DNA of 63,648 nt, the filler included, from Octopus bimaculoides (Eukaryota), in NCBI RefSeq assembly GCF_001194135.2. It is 3 parts of 3 records of this genome, joined end to end, with 100 filler letters (N's around TTAATTAATTAA, not from the genome) between each part and the next. Parts side by side here need not be neighbours in the genome. Positions count along the whole stretch, not along the records: positions 1 to 19,128 come from NC_068991.1; positions 19,229 to 45,109 come from NC_068983.1; 1 more part is not named here. One strand, written 5' to 3'. Both the position numbers and the translations under genes were made by a program. The notes under the pieces were generated by a model. It ran no database searches. It was not told the DNA's origin and worked only from the letters and a program-made list of their open reading frames with translations. This document shows positions 13,234 to 25,750 of the stretch, in pieces (the first letter of the stretch is position 1; the number at the start of each line of letters is the position of its first letter).

Positions 13234-15250
13234 AGCCAAAAGGAGTATTAAAATATATTCGATGCATCTCTCATTAAAAAGTTCAATATCGAAACAATAC
13301 TAAAAAATTTCAAAATTACAGATGCATAAAAGATATTAAAAATATAAGTGACATATATGTACGACAAATTACGTGGATCTATAAAAATATATGAGAAATA
13401 TATAAACATATTAAAAGAAACAGTCCTACTTACTAACAAGTGGGCATGTATTCGGCTTGCGGAAGTTACATGTTTTTATTCGTGTCTCAACACTCATGCT
13501 CCGTATGATAATGATGCTTTAAAATTAAGTGGTTACAAGTATAATATATTTTATATTCCTAACCCTAAACTAAAAATAAAATCGGATAAATTATTCATGG
13601 GATCCAGCTTACAATCTAAAATTCTGTCCCCCTCCCACCGTTAAATGAACCGGCGAAATACATAAGTAATCAGGTTATTGGGAAAGCCCTAAAAACTGAC
13701 ACGTCATCCAAGAATTACCATAATAATATATTCTATAACTCTAACCATTTGAATGAATGTCCTCTAAATTAGGGAAAAGGGAAATTATATGGTTCACCCA
13801 TCCTCCTCCATTCTCAATTCAGGTCAGTAACTACGAAAAACATTTTTTATGATTTTGAGAGAATATTTCTCAAGGCATCACAAGTATTATTCTATCTTCA
13901 ACAAATCATATGTGAAGCTTTCGTATTCTACTATTCCAAATTTAGGATCAATCATAGCCTCCATAAATAGATCAAACTTTAGACGTAAAGTCTCATCTTG
14001 CTCTAATCCTACTACTTCACCCCATAACCAAGATATTCATATTAGAACTAATATAAATAATATGCAAGGCCACCCCACACCGCTCGAGGAGCCCATAACC
14101 TCAGTTAAACGTGGGACCAATTCTGAGGCACGAACAAAAGCATGTAACTGTCGCAACCCAGATACACGCCCGATTGCTGGATCTTATTTGCACAATAATG
14201 TGATGGATAAGTGCCGTGTAGTGATACCTGGAACAAACAGTATTAAGGTCTATATAGGAAGTACGGTTGATTTCAAGCGTCGCTACAGGGCTCACTTGAA
14301 CTCCTTCAATAATTTAAGATATAAACCCTCAAAAACGCTAGCTACATACATACATGATCTCAAGTTGAGCAATACACAATATTCTTTATCCTGGTCCATC
14401 GTGGCGGATGCCCTTCCCTATAGTACAATCACATGTATGCAGGCTTTGCATTAAGGACTCAGAAATATTCTCCGTAGTTATAATTCCTCATTACTGGATA
14501 AATCACCGATGCCATATACGCATGTATTCATTCAACTTTTAGGTATTTTAATCAAACTAGATAGGCGGACCGTTATACTCTAGAATTGACCATATTCCAC
14601 CTAACAATTCTATTCAAGCTTTATCACCGTCCTCTTGGTGTAATTTATTCCCTTGGAACCATACTTTCTATATTAACTTCCCAAAATTCCTACTACACTA
14701 TTTCCTCCTCCTGCTCATAGGTATAACTATATATAAAACCTAGCACTAAAATAGCTTTTCTAATAGTAAGCGAAATATTACTTCTTCTAACACTCCTGAT
14801 GATGGAAGCAGTTATCTAGAATTTTGGATATGAATACCTATTTGTTACAAGGATTAATGTACCCCAAAAATAGCCATAGGAGAATTGGTTTGATATTTGC
14901 TCTGAAAAAAATAAAAAACAACGAAAAACCAACGTTTAACCTTTGACTTATTTACTTTATACACTATACCCTAGACATCTTGTTTACTTTATACACTATG
15001 CCATGGACATCTTATAATCTTTTAACACAGTTTTTAACCTAACCTTTATTAGTAAGTAGGGCTATATCTTTTAATATGTTTATATATTTCTCATATATTT
15101 TTATAGATCCACATAACATGTCGTACATATATATCAATTATAATATTGATATTTTTCACGTATCTGTAATTTTGAAATTTCTAGTATTGTTTCGATATTG
15201 AACTTTTTAATAAGAGATGCATTGAATATATTATAATACTCGTTTTGGCT
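13234..15250 (+). mobile_element. Penelope-like element (GIY-YIG endonuclease fragment) bounded by ~200-bp inverted repeats
   Basis: ORF 13849-14454 has FNKSYVKLSYSTIPNL, CNCR..C, KVYIGST.DFKRRYRAHLNSFN and LATYIHDLK...SWSIV. 13234-13436 is the reverse complement of 15049-15250. Confidence 0.75.
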
Positions 15251-15312
15251 AGGATAATATTGATAAACTTACTTGGAAATGGATGCGTGGCGTTCGGTCA
15301 TATAATAATATA

Positions 15313-15367
<55 letters not shown>

Positions 15368-15479
15368 CGTTAGTTTTTCGTTGTTTTTTTTTCAGGGTAA
15401 ATATTAATTTAATTCTCCTATGGCCATTTCTGGGGTACAGTAATCCTTGTAAATAATAGATGTTCATATCCAAAATTTA

Positions 15480-15730
15480 AAGGTTTATATAGGAAGTACG
15501 GTTGATTTGAAGCATCGCTACAGGGCTAACTTGAACTCCTTCACTAATTTAAGATATAAATCTTCAACAACGCTAGCCACATACATACATACATACATAC
15601 ATATCTCCCAACCCGGCTCGTTTCCCTGCTCCGGCCTACGCTGCCGCACCTACCCTTGCCTCTCCAACATCACCCTCCTCACCGACACCCATTATCGACC
15701 CTATCATATCACTGACTCCTTCACCTGCAA
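15480..15730 (+). mobile_element. Penelope GIY-YIG fragments (partial second copy of about 14245-14350 plus a PGSFPC...ITDSFTC fragment)
   Basis: The sequence aaggtttatataggaagtacggttgattt...gctagccacatacatac is repeated from the upstream element, followed by a different PLE motif. Confidence 0.55.
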
Positions 15731-15879
15731 GTATCTTTTTTTTATAGCAAAAGCAATTAAATTTCCCATATTTATCAGTTCAAAATGTACAAGCAAAAAT
15801 AGAAAAGTGTTGAATATCCACGAAAAATGTATAAAACGACGAAAATACGATTCATTATAAGGAATTTGTGACATCACAA

Positions 15880-16345
15880 AAGAAAACTGTGAAATGCTGT
15901 GCAGTGAGAATAGGTTATATTATCTTCAAAGTGAGAGCAAAGTACAGATTAGGTATGCAACTGGAAAGGCAGCCAATTCCAAAACTATATATCCATCAAA
16001 AAGAAGAACAGTGTCCTTAATGCCATCTTCAACCAGATCAACTCCAGTGTCATCATCAACGTCTGAGGCAAAGTCTGAAAGTGAATATCAAAAGTTTTGC
16101 TTCTCAATGTTTGTCGATTCATCTCTTACAGCTGGGTAGATTTTCGGTTTACTGACCAAAATATTCAATGCACATGAATATCAGAAGTTTTGTGGTAGCC
16201 TGCAAATTCATAAAAAAGCATTGAGCTCTGTAAAAATCTTTTCGAGTCGAGAACTATCAAAACTCGAAATTCCCAGAACAAATCAGAGTGTAGAACGGGC
16301 AATTAAGTGCCTTCAAGATCTTTATGATGTTTATAAAAACAAGTA
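15880..16345 (+). mobile_element. Possible hAT-like transposase C-terminal remnant
   Basis: LEIPRTNQSVERAIKCLQDLY resembles the P.xNxxxERxxKxxxD C-terminal motif of hAT-related transposases. Interrupted frames. Confidence 0.3.
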
Positions 16346-16403
16346 GCAACACAAATGATTTGACACAAAATACATACGTAAGTATATAGATAAATAGACA
16401 GGC

Positions 16404-16454
<51 letters not shown>

Positions 16455-16503
16455 ATGTATGTATATATAATTTACTTTGGCTTCTCTCCAATCTGTTTTA
16501 CAG

Positions 16504-16712
16504 CCATCACACCTGAATACAGATGTAAAAATCTTACAGAATTTCAGCTCAATCAATACAATATATCAATCAATGAAGTAAGTCTAAAATATGATAGATG
16601 CTCCATAGACATCATCAACCGCGATGAAGAGATTACTACCGGAAACCAAACTCTGGACTGCCTCAATGGTTATTACTATACCACGCCCGTGGATAAGTCT
16701 ATAGTGTCACAG
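16504..16712 (+). CDS. SLC22-like: SLC22-like gene 2, exon 2 (large extracellular loop)
   Basis: tctgttttacag|CC acceptor and CAG|gttggt donor. (A)ITPEYRCKNLTE...CSIDI...LDCLNGYYYTTPVDKSIVSQ has the SLC22 loop cysteines, N-glycosylation sequons and 'SIVS' before WDLxC. Confidence 0.88.
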
Positions 16713-16997
16713 GTTGGTTGAATTCTGTTACTGTATTAAACAATTGTCTTATTTCAGTATTTATTTATTTGTCGCAATTTCATGTCACCTCTCTGTTTTC
16801 TGTAAGAAACGTATGGACATCGTAAGTTTGTAAAACATAACTTTAAAAAAAACACAAATATCATAATATTTAATACTTTTCCATCGTGTATTAATGAATT
16901 AATAAAGCGATCATCAATTATCAAATGAACGGGTGAATGTATTTATGAAGTAATAAAGATTATTTCATATAACTGTTTTCTTAAAATAAACAAATAA

Positions 16998-17246
16998 ATG
17001 CGCCCTTTTAAATCCTAGCCAGGATCATGGGCCCGGTTTCCCGGTTTCAATGGCGTATGTGTTCCCCAACTGGATGGGACGCCAGTCCATCGCAGCGTTA
17101 CTCATTTTTGCCAGCTGAGTGGACTGGGCAACGAGAAATGTAGCGTTTTGCTCAAGAACACAACGCGTCGCCCGGTCCAGAAATCGAAATCACAATCTTA
17201 TGATCATGATGCAGACACCATAACCACTAAGCCACGCGCCTCCACA
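16998..17246 (-). mobile_element. Second SINE family, near full length
   Basis: tRNA-like head (GTGGCTTAGTGGTTA...GTTCG-like), central CAGTCCACTCAGCTGGCAAAAATGAGTAAC and tail ...AAAAGGGCGCAT. Homolog at 48115-48335 (+). Confidence 0.7.
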
Positions 17247-17491
17247 ATTGTTTTCTTAGTGTTATATAATAGTAATGTTCATTAAGTCTCCTTTCATTAC
17301 GCTGTCATCTTTTAAAAGATATTATTAGACAAAACTAACAGACGACACACCACTATGAGCTATGAGGTTGAGGGAGCTGACTTACTGACATTGTCATTAG
17401 TCCAGTCCTTACAATCAGATACATGTCACACTGTCAGAAGAAATAACCGTTTTTAAACAGACTTTGCCGAGGTTTTGGCTGAAACCTGTTT

Positions 17492-17855
17492 TGAGCATGC
17501 CATATAACCTCCCATAGCTTTTTATCATATTTTGTAACTTTCAGAAAATTCTTGCGAATTTGTTCTACACGTAGGAATTCATATAACTATGCAAACACCA
17601 TATTTTTCGATATCTTTCTCCCCACAAACACATTTAATGGTCTATTGCTGGGATTTAAGCCAAACATTCACATTGTCCGTATTTTAAACTGTAATTTTTT
17701 TATGGAAAAATTAGAAGAACAATTTATTTTTAAATTTCGAAAAGTTAAAGAGTTATCTTAAAATTTCGAATTTTTTTTTTTAATAGTCGTATGAATTCCC
17801 GTGTGTAGAACACAAATTTACAAAATAAGTTATGAGGGATTATATGGAGTGCTTA
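17492..17855. mobile_element. MITE with ~90-bp imperfect terminal inverted repeats
   Basis: The left end tgagcatgccatataacctcccatagc...ttctacacgtaggaattcat mirrors the right end atgaattcccgtgtgtagaac...gggattatatggagtgctta. A related half copy lies at about 56643-56760. Confidence 0.6.
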
Positions 17856-18585
17856 ATGCAGAATTCTGTCGATGTTTCAACACTAAGAGGAGACAGAAAT
17901 ATTTATATGAGACAGCAAAATAAAAGTATAGAAGTTATTTTTTAATGTCTAAATAAGGACAAACATAGAAAAAAAATTGTATCTATTCGCGAATAAATTA
18001 TCCCCGTCTTCTTTCTAATACAGAAATAAATACCTATAATTTATTAGAAGATCGGTTCCATTCTTTTCCACCGCAGGTTTGAGAGACTCCGCACAAAGTT
18101 TATGTTTACAACGGTAACTTCAGATAAAAATAACGGTACATTTTTAGTGTCAAAATAACGGTACAATTTTAGTGTCAAGGAATAGAACCTGAAAAGGAGC
18201 ATGTTTGGTAAGGAACATAATGAATCTTTGATTTTGAATATTTTTAGTTACTCAGCTTATTAATTTAGTGTTTCTAGTCGTAAGGTATAAATGACTTTTG
18301 CCCATATGATGCCGTAACAACATACAGACAAAATTTGAACTCTCTATACACACCAGTTAATCAAGTAATCCTAACTTTGTCTATACTGTATGTTTCGGAG
18401 GACGGGTTAACATGTGTATGTGATTATTGGTTGCTCTTTCCCAACATCAAATATTACAGACTTACTTGGAGAAATTGCCTCCCTTAGAAATTTTCCGTCA
18501 TGAAAATGACATGCAGACAAAAGTTGAACTCTACACATTAATCAAGTAATTCTCTGTTCACTTTAAATTATGCTTGTTTTTACAG

Positions 18586-18816
18586 TGGGACTTGCTCTGC
18601 AACAGTGTAGGACTGGCTGAATCAACTCAGATGCTTTACACTTTTGGTCAAATGGTTAGTGGTCTATTAGCACCATGTTTGATTGAAAAATTCGGACGAA
18701 AATCTATAAGAGTGTTAAGTCACATCTTGCTGCTAGTTTTCAACTTAATCGCATCATATTCTCCGTATTATTGGTTGTTTACAACAATGAGATTTTTGAT
18801 TGGAGGAGCTCGTGAG
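18586..18816 (+). CDS. SLC22-like: SLC22-like gene 2, exon 3 (TM2-TM4)
   Basis: ttttacag|TGG acceptor and GAG|gtaatg donor, 231 nt. WDLLCNSVGLAESTQMLYTFGQMVSGLLAPCLIEKFGRKSIRV...SPYYWLFTTMRFLIGGARE contains WDLxC, the MFS motif-A variant EKFGRK and RFLxG. Confidence 0.92.
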
Positions 18817-19010
18817 GTAATGCTTTATACTCCTTCCTAACACATACATTCACTGAGACACACGCTGACCCTGACATATATATGTTCATTTATGTTTGAT
18901 AGTGTTGCATATACAGAGTACAAGCATACATGCATACGTACATACATACAATATATACTAAACTACACACACATACATTCACACACGCGCACACATACAA
19001 AGACGCATTA

Positions 19011-19045
<35 letters not shown>

Positions 19046-19172
19046 CATGTATAAATATATATAAATATGTATGTATGTATGTATATATATATATATATAT
19101 GTGTGTGTATGTATATATATATATATATNNNNNNNNNNNNNNNNNNNNNNNNNNNNNNNNNNNNNNNNNNNN

Positions 19173-19184
19173 TTAATTAATTAA
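19173..19184. other. Artificial assembly linker TTAATTAATTAA inside an N-gap
   Basis: Self-complementary 12-mer with stops in all six frames, flanked by ~44 N on each side. Identical structure at 45154-45165. Confidence 0.9.
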
Positions 19185-19489
19185 NNNNNNNNNNNNNNNN
19201 NNNNNNNNNNNNNNNNNNNNNNNNNNNNATATAACGCTACACTGGAAAAAGCAGGCTGTAATCAAAAAATTAAGTACCTTTACTCGGAGCCTAAAAAATA
19301 GCCCGAATAAAAGAATATCCATAATTATGATGATAGTAACAATAGTCACAATATCTATAATAATAATCATAATAAGAGTATCAATAACAATAATAGTAGT
19401 AATAATAAAAATAGTAGGAAGAACAATAAGACTCATAATAATATTAGTAATAACATTAGTTATGATAATGATAATACTAGTAATAATTA

Positions 19490-19572
19490 GAAGAAGAAGA
19501 AGAAGAAGAAGAAGAAGAAGAAGAAGAAGAAGAAGAAGAAGAAGAAGAAGAAGAAGAAGAAGAAGAAGAAGA
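19490..19572. repeat. (AGA)n microsatellite
   Basis: Perfect trinucleotide run. Confidence 0.95.
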
Positions 19573-19599
19573 CATCTAAAAGAACCAATGAAGTCCCTG

Positions 19600-21235
19600 T
19601 GAGCAATTATAATACCATGGTAACTAAAATAAATAAATCGAATAGGCAGAACCCTCCCAAGCTGGTAGCAATAGCAATAAAAATAACTAAAGAAAGAATA
19701 ATAATAATTATAACCATAAATTTACGATGTACAACAATATTGATAACATAAATTTACGATGTACAACAATACTGATAACATCTGGCTAATTATCCCCTTC
19801 GCGATAAAGCTGAAAACCAGTATAGTTAAATCTATAACGAGCCTTATAAATAAGGAGTTTAATATGAATACGAAATACTCAGAAATATTTAGTAATAAAG
19901 TTAGAATAGGCCATAGCCTAACTAGCAACCTAGCTACTATTGTAGCCTCTATTAACAATAAAAAAGCTAGACTCCTTCTACGAAACTAGGAAGAATAACG
20001 ATAATAACCACAACAACCAATCAATTGATATAATAAGCGATCCCTCAAATAATTCACCCTCTAAAAGTAAGGACATCCACCTTATAAATGATAATCTCTC
20101 TCACCATATAGGCACAGATAATCTAACTAATCTATGTGGTTGCAGCGATAAAAAAAATACTTGTGAATTCATGAATAAATGTAAAACTAAGAACGTAATC
20201 TACCAATGTGATGTATTCTCCAATAATTACAAGAATACTTATATGCGAGTAGAAATAAGGCTAACTCTACCGGATTAAGCAGGTACATCTGGGAACTTAA
20301 AGATAATGACATTAATAATAGATTAGAATGGCGCATCCTAGCCAAAACACCTTTATACAACCTTAAAAATAAAAGCTGCAATTTATGCATAAATGAGAAA
20401 TTCTTCATTTTAATGGCCAAATCAGATTTAATAAACGAGACGAGAAAAACAGAGAATGCTTACATAAAGATAAATTATTATTCTCTAAAACCGCTAATAC
20501 CTACATTACTGGTTACTAGCTGACTTGTCTAACCTCTGTTTACTTCTCTTTGGACCTCACCCTTACCACAGAGCACGACTTAATATCATAAATCACAATT
20601 ATATTCAAATTACTTTCGACTAACTGAATTATCTATCTTAGATGCACAATGTACACTCGGATCTATATTTCTCTGTAATATATTCACATTAAAATTAGAT
20701 CACTAACATACTAACTGCTAATGCTGTCTTTAATATATATATATACGATTAAACGGGCGATTTAGCCTATTCTGAGTAGATAATCTTGGTCACACATAAC
20801 AACACTTGATTTATTTATTATACCTATTTACGTAACCAAGATTTATACCATATATCACACTTAAACTTTTAAGAGCGTCCTTAATTTTTAACTAGGGCAT
20901 TGTTTGTAATCATAGGGACTTATGTAGCGGGCTCAAATGGCGTTATTTGTTACGATAAATGATACCGGATATTACTACCAAGTACAACCGCCGGTCATCT
21001 GGTCATTTTCCCCACTTTACTACTCCATTCATCTACTTGATGCAACTCTATACACACGTGCCATCTTTTAAGGACACGTAAATGTAAGCCAAAGACTTAA
21101 CGAACTTTTACCTTTTTCCTTTTTCTTTTCTTTTTATACTTTTTTCTCCTATCAACCTTCGTTCACCTGTCAATATTTTTCTGGTAAAGTTAAAATCATT
21201 CTGATGATGTTTGTTACATGGAACGACATATATGC
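19600..21235 (+). mobile_element. Degenerate Penelope-like element (GIY-YIG C-terminal region and 3' flank)
   Basis: TGLSRYIWELKDNDINNRLEWRILAKTPLYNLKNKSCNLCINEKFFIL at about 20270-20415 is a typical PLE C-terminus. Confidence 0.65.
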
Positions 21236-21253
21236 AAATTTACCTAAACAAAA

Positions 21254-21420
21254 GGCGTAGGAGTAGCTGTGTGGTAAGTAGCTTGCTTACCAACCACATG
21301 GTTCCGGGTTCAGTCCCACCGCGTGGCATCTTGGGCAAGTGTCTTCTACTATAGCCTCGGGCCGACCAAAGCCTTGTGAGTGGATTTGGTAGACAGAAAC
21401 TGAAACCCGTCGTATATATA
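21254..21420 (+). mobile_element. SINE head (same family as 6117)
   Basis: Near-identical to 6117-6285. Confidence 0.85.
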
Positions 21421-23609
21421 TATGGGTTGAAGTGTTTCCGGTGCATTGATAGAGAGGGAAGGTTTGGTATGTAGGTTTATGTCTTCGGGGCATTGGTCTA
21501 GGTGCTGGATTACAGGAATTTTCCTTGTGGTGAGGTCCTGGATTTGTTGCCTGGAAAGCATACTCATTAAAAATTATAAACCACGGCTGAATATCCTTTA
21601 GAAAGAAGAAAAAATAGTAAAAAGAAAAAGAAAAAAAGACTCAAAATCTCCACAAAAAAAACAACAACCAAGAACAAGCAATTTTTAAACACTTTAGTAA
21701 CAGTCTTCCACACGGGTTTCGAAACCGCAACTCCAAATCACCATAAAAACATCAGCTGCCGACGTCACCTGCCTCTAGACCAATGAAATTTTACAAATAC
21801 CAGTTGCTGACGTCACCCAACACTAGACCAATCAAAACCGAGCTTCAGCAAATACAACGAGAATCAACCAACCGGAACGATTGTTGACCGTTTACCACAG
21901 GGAAGCCAACCAGGCAAAACAACAAAACAAGCTTGTTCACCGGAAAAACAAGACGTCACCAGTATTTTAACGAATAAAAAGTCAGATCTGCTCGCGGAAA
22001 AAATTATAGATACACTTGATTCCAAAACATACCACTACAAGCGAAAACTCTTACGGAAAGAAGATCAGAGAAACTGTAAACCGAATTCCCATTTTTTTTA
22101 CTATCTTCATTTCTCCCTTGTTTTTTCCCTCTTAACACAGTATGACTGAAACTTTGATCATATTCATTTCTTGTCGATCACCACTCACATTAATGAGCTT
22201 TGTACATTCAAGCAAACTGATGCATAGTTTTAATATAATTGACTGCTATGAACATTTAAACTTGTACTTGTGCTCCTAATTCACAATTCTAAATTTGTCT
22301 GTTATGAAAATTTTAATTTGTCAACATTGAAACATATAAAGTTGTTTTTCTAATTCATAATTGCAAACTTTTACCATTCATAAACAAATGAATATTGTTG
22401 AAACTAGTTTCGTGTCTATGTAAATAAATGTATTTTAAACAATTACAAGTTTTCCATATTTAGGTGCGTTTTCAGCAACAAATTTGCCTATATTTTTTCC
22501 TGCGTGGAAACATCCCCAATCTTTTGTTATACATGCATACATACATACATACATACATACATACATGTATACATACATACATACATACATACATACNNNN
22601 NNNNNNNNNNNNNNNNNNNNNNNNNNNNNNNNNNNNNNNNNNNNNNNNNNNNNNNNNNNNNNNNNNNNNNNNNNNNNNNNNNNNNNNNNNNNNNNNNNNN
22701 NNNNNNNNNNNNNNNNNNNNNNNNNNNNNNNNNNNNNNNNNNNNNNNNNNNNNNNNNNNNNNNNNNNNNNNNNNNNNNNNNNNNNNNNNNNNNNNNNNNN
22801 NNNNNNNNNNNNNNNNNNNNNNNNNNNNNNNNNNNNNNNNNNNNNNNNNNNNNNNNNNNNNNNNNNNNNNNNNNNNNNNNNNNNNNNNNNNNNNNNNNNN
22901 NNNNNNNNNNNNNNNNNNNNNNNNNNNNNNNNNNNNNNNNNNNNNNNNNNNNNNNNNNNNNNNNNNNNNNNNNNNNNNNNNNNNNNNNNNNNNNNNNNNN
23001 NNNNNNNNNNNNNNNNNNNNNNNNNNNNNNNNNNNNNNNNNNNNNNNNNNNNNNNNNNNNNNNNNNNNNNNNNNNNNNNNNNNNNNNNNNNNNNNNNNNN
23101 NNNNNNNNNNNNNNNNNNNNNNNNNNNNNNNNNNNNNNNNNNNNNNNNNNNNNNNNNNNNNNNNNNNNNNNNNNNNNNNNNNNNNNNNNNNNNNNNNNNA
23201 ATCGACTGAACCCCTCCCCCGAAACTGCTCGCCTTGCGCAATAATATGAAACGAATATATATATATATCGGCACAGACATGGCCGTGTGGTCCAACCACA
23301 TGCTTTCAGGTTCAATACCACCGCATGGTACCTTGAGTAGGTGCCTTCTCCATGTATATGTGTGTCATTGCATCTGTGTTTGTCTCCCAACACCGCTTAA
23401 CTGGTGACGCTGTGTTTACGTTGCCGGAAATTAGCAGTTCAGCAAAGAAACCAGTGGAATACGTACAAAGTTTAAAAAAAGGGAGAAAAAAGAGTATTGA
23501 GGTCAATGCATTCGGCTAAAATTCTTGAAATTGGTGCCCTAACACGGTCGCAGTCTACATACTGAAACATGTAAAATATAAAGATAGCTAGCTAGATAGT
23601 TAGATAAAT

Positions 23610-24340
23610 TTCTTTATTAGCTACGCAGGACCGAACACAGGAATAATTTTTCTTTTTCGAAATCGATCAAAAGGAAACGAAAACCTCTTCCTTGTTTTGG
23701 ATGTGTAAACAGGGAATTAACACAAAAGTTGTAGTTAACAATAAAAGTTTCCAATGGGGGGAGGAAATGTAATATTGACTTGGTTTATCTGTGGAAAGAA
23801 GACCCTATGGAAAAGAACCTCGGTAACCTCGGAAATGGAAAAGAAAAACATTAATATGGGAGCAAAGGTTAATGTTCAAGGTGGTTCCATCATTTATTCG
23901 TGCCATCCTTGACACATTCACCAAACTTTTGTTGAAACTTTCATTAGACAAAACTTCCCTCTCTATTCTCTCCTTCCTGTTCAAGTGATACTTGAAGAAA
24001 TTGATGAGAGGTTGGCCAGAGAGGAAAGTGTTTGTCTCTAAACCATTCACGCAATCCGCCACACACATTTTTTCACCATAGCCACCAGTACAATGAAAAC
24101 TGCCTTGCCTTCCCGGTTAAAGGAAGGTGGCGGGGCAATATTCACAATAGACTTGGCCGACAACCGAATTCGTCACACACGTGACAGCAGCCGCTCGACA
24201 TGAGCCCACAGGTCTGAAATGCTTGAACATAGCACGAGTGTGTGCAGAACGGTTTCGTCGCTCTGACCGCATTTCAGAAAAGTCGGTCAAGCATTTCTAG
24301 AACCGTGCCTGTAGAGCTTATCCTGAACAGGTAATGCTTN
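23610..24340 (-). mobile_element. L1/Tx1 LINE ORF2 3' end
   Basis: Minus strand: FLSGQPLINFFKYHLNRKERIEREVLSNESFNKSLVNVSRMAR, homologous to the 34560-34720 copy. Confidence 0.65.
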
Positions 24341-24949
24341 NNNNNNNNNNNNNNNNNNNNNNNNNNNNNNNNNNNNNNNNNNNNNNNNNNNNNNNNNNNN
24401 NNNNNNNNNNNNNNNNNNNNNNNNNNNNNNNNNNNNNNNATATATATATACTTATATTGGAAATGAGCTGCTTGCCCTACCTCAAGCAACATCACTTACT
24501 TCCTTGGGAATCCTTTTATCACATCAACACCAAATTTTTCTAATAGTTCCTCACATCCTATGTTGTCTGGCATCCTTTTAATGTCTGTATTTATTTTCCA
24601 AAACTTAAAAATGTTTTTGTATTTTTCACCTCCTCCATCTGTTTTTTTCTGAAAGCAGCATACACATGTGCCGCCCTATTTTGTTCGGATATCCTTTTGT
24701 ACGAACAAATCTTGCCGTCTTCCAACTTGTTAACTTCCGAATTAGCTCCTGATTGTCATCGTCCGTCAGTATACAAACGTAATTCATTTCACGGGGAGGG
24801 GAATTCTTTGTACTTTGTTGTGAATACGTTTCTTTTTGGATTGTATAAGAGGGAGGTGGGTGGGTTCGGTGTCTGTATGGTGGGGTGGGTCTCAAAATGT
24901 ATGGGTCGGGTGAGTAAGGTTTGGGGTTCCACATTACACTGTTCTTTTT

Positions 24950-25750
24950 CCTTCTGTAATTTTCCATTCTTCCTATCTTTCTCTTTTCTCCTCTTGCTTC
25001 TTTTCCGGCCTCTCGTCCATCATTTCCATTGTCTGCTTTTGTAAAGGGCAGTGTGTTCTAATGTGGCCTTTTTGGCCACATTTAAAACAACTAGGAATCC
25101 TGCCCTCCACCCACACTTTCAACATCAGATCTCCGATTGATACCGTCTCTGCCAGATTTTCGAGTGTCTCCGCTGCAGCCTGTACAATCAGGTCCATTCT
25201 TTGTTCTTTCCACAATGAGTTTTCTGTCTTTGTGGCTTGGAGGATGGCTACTTCTTTCTCACTTCCCATAAGAACAGCCGCCACGACCCAAGCCACATCA
25301 ATTTCCGGTGGAATACCCTCTTCTTCCCATATAAGTGGGTAGAAGGACCACTTTGTTTTTATTGTGTTTGTCGCGTTCTCTCTTGCTTTGTCTTCCGTCT
25401 TGTAATGGATTATGATGGTTCCGAATTTATTCCATCTGGCCAGATACGTAATGTCTGGTCAGACTGAGCACAATACCTTTTCTATAATTACAGCTTCTAC
25501 GTGTTCAATTTTTCCTTCCTCCACTGAGTACACCTTGTAAACTACAGTCTTCCTGTCTATTTCGCCCATTATCTTCTGGGGTGGTGACAGCTTAACGTCA
25601 CCACCTACTCTAGTTGATATTTTTTTCATATATTTCAATATTTGAGAGGTCTACCCGCTTTTTCTTCACTTCCGTTTTTAGAACTTTATCCATCCTTCCG
25701 ACAGCACAAATCAGTTCCTCCTCCGAAGAGGTCAATTTGCCATGGCTATC
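24950..25750 (-). mobile_element. LINE ORF1 (gag-like) remnant with CCHC zinc knuckle
   Basis: VWVEGRIPSCFKCGQKGHIRTHCP (C-x2-C-x4-H-x4-C). Upstream on the same strand as the Tx1 3' end. Confidence 0.65.

Noticed and set aside
18128-19776. Short tandem duplications (25 bp at about 18128-18178, 32 bp at about 19717-19780; also 18 bp x3 at about 9583-9637)
   Set aside because: Ordinary slippage duplications with no functional indication.
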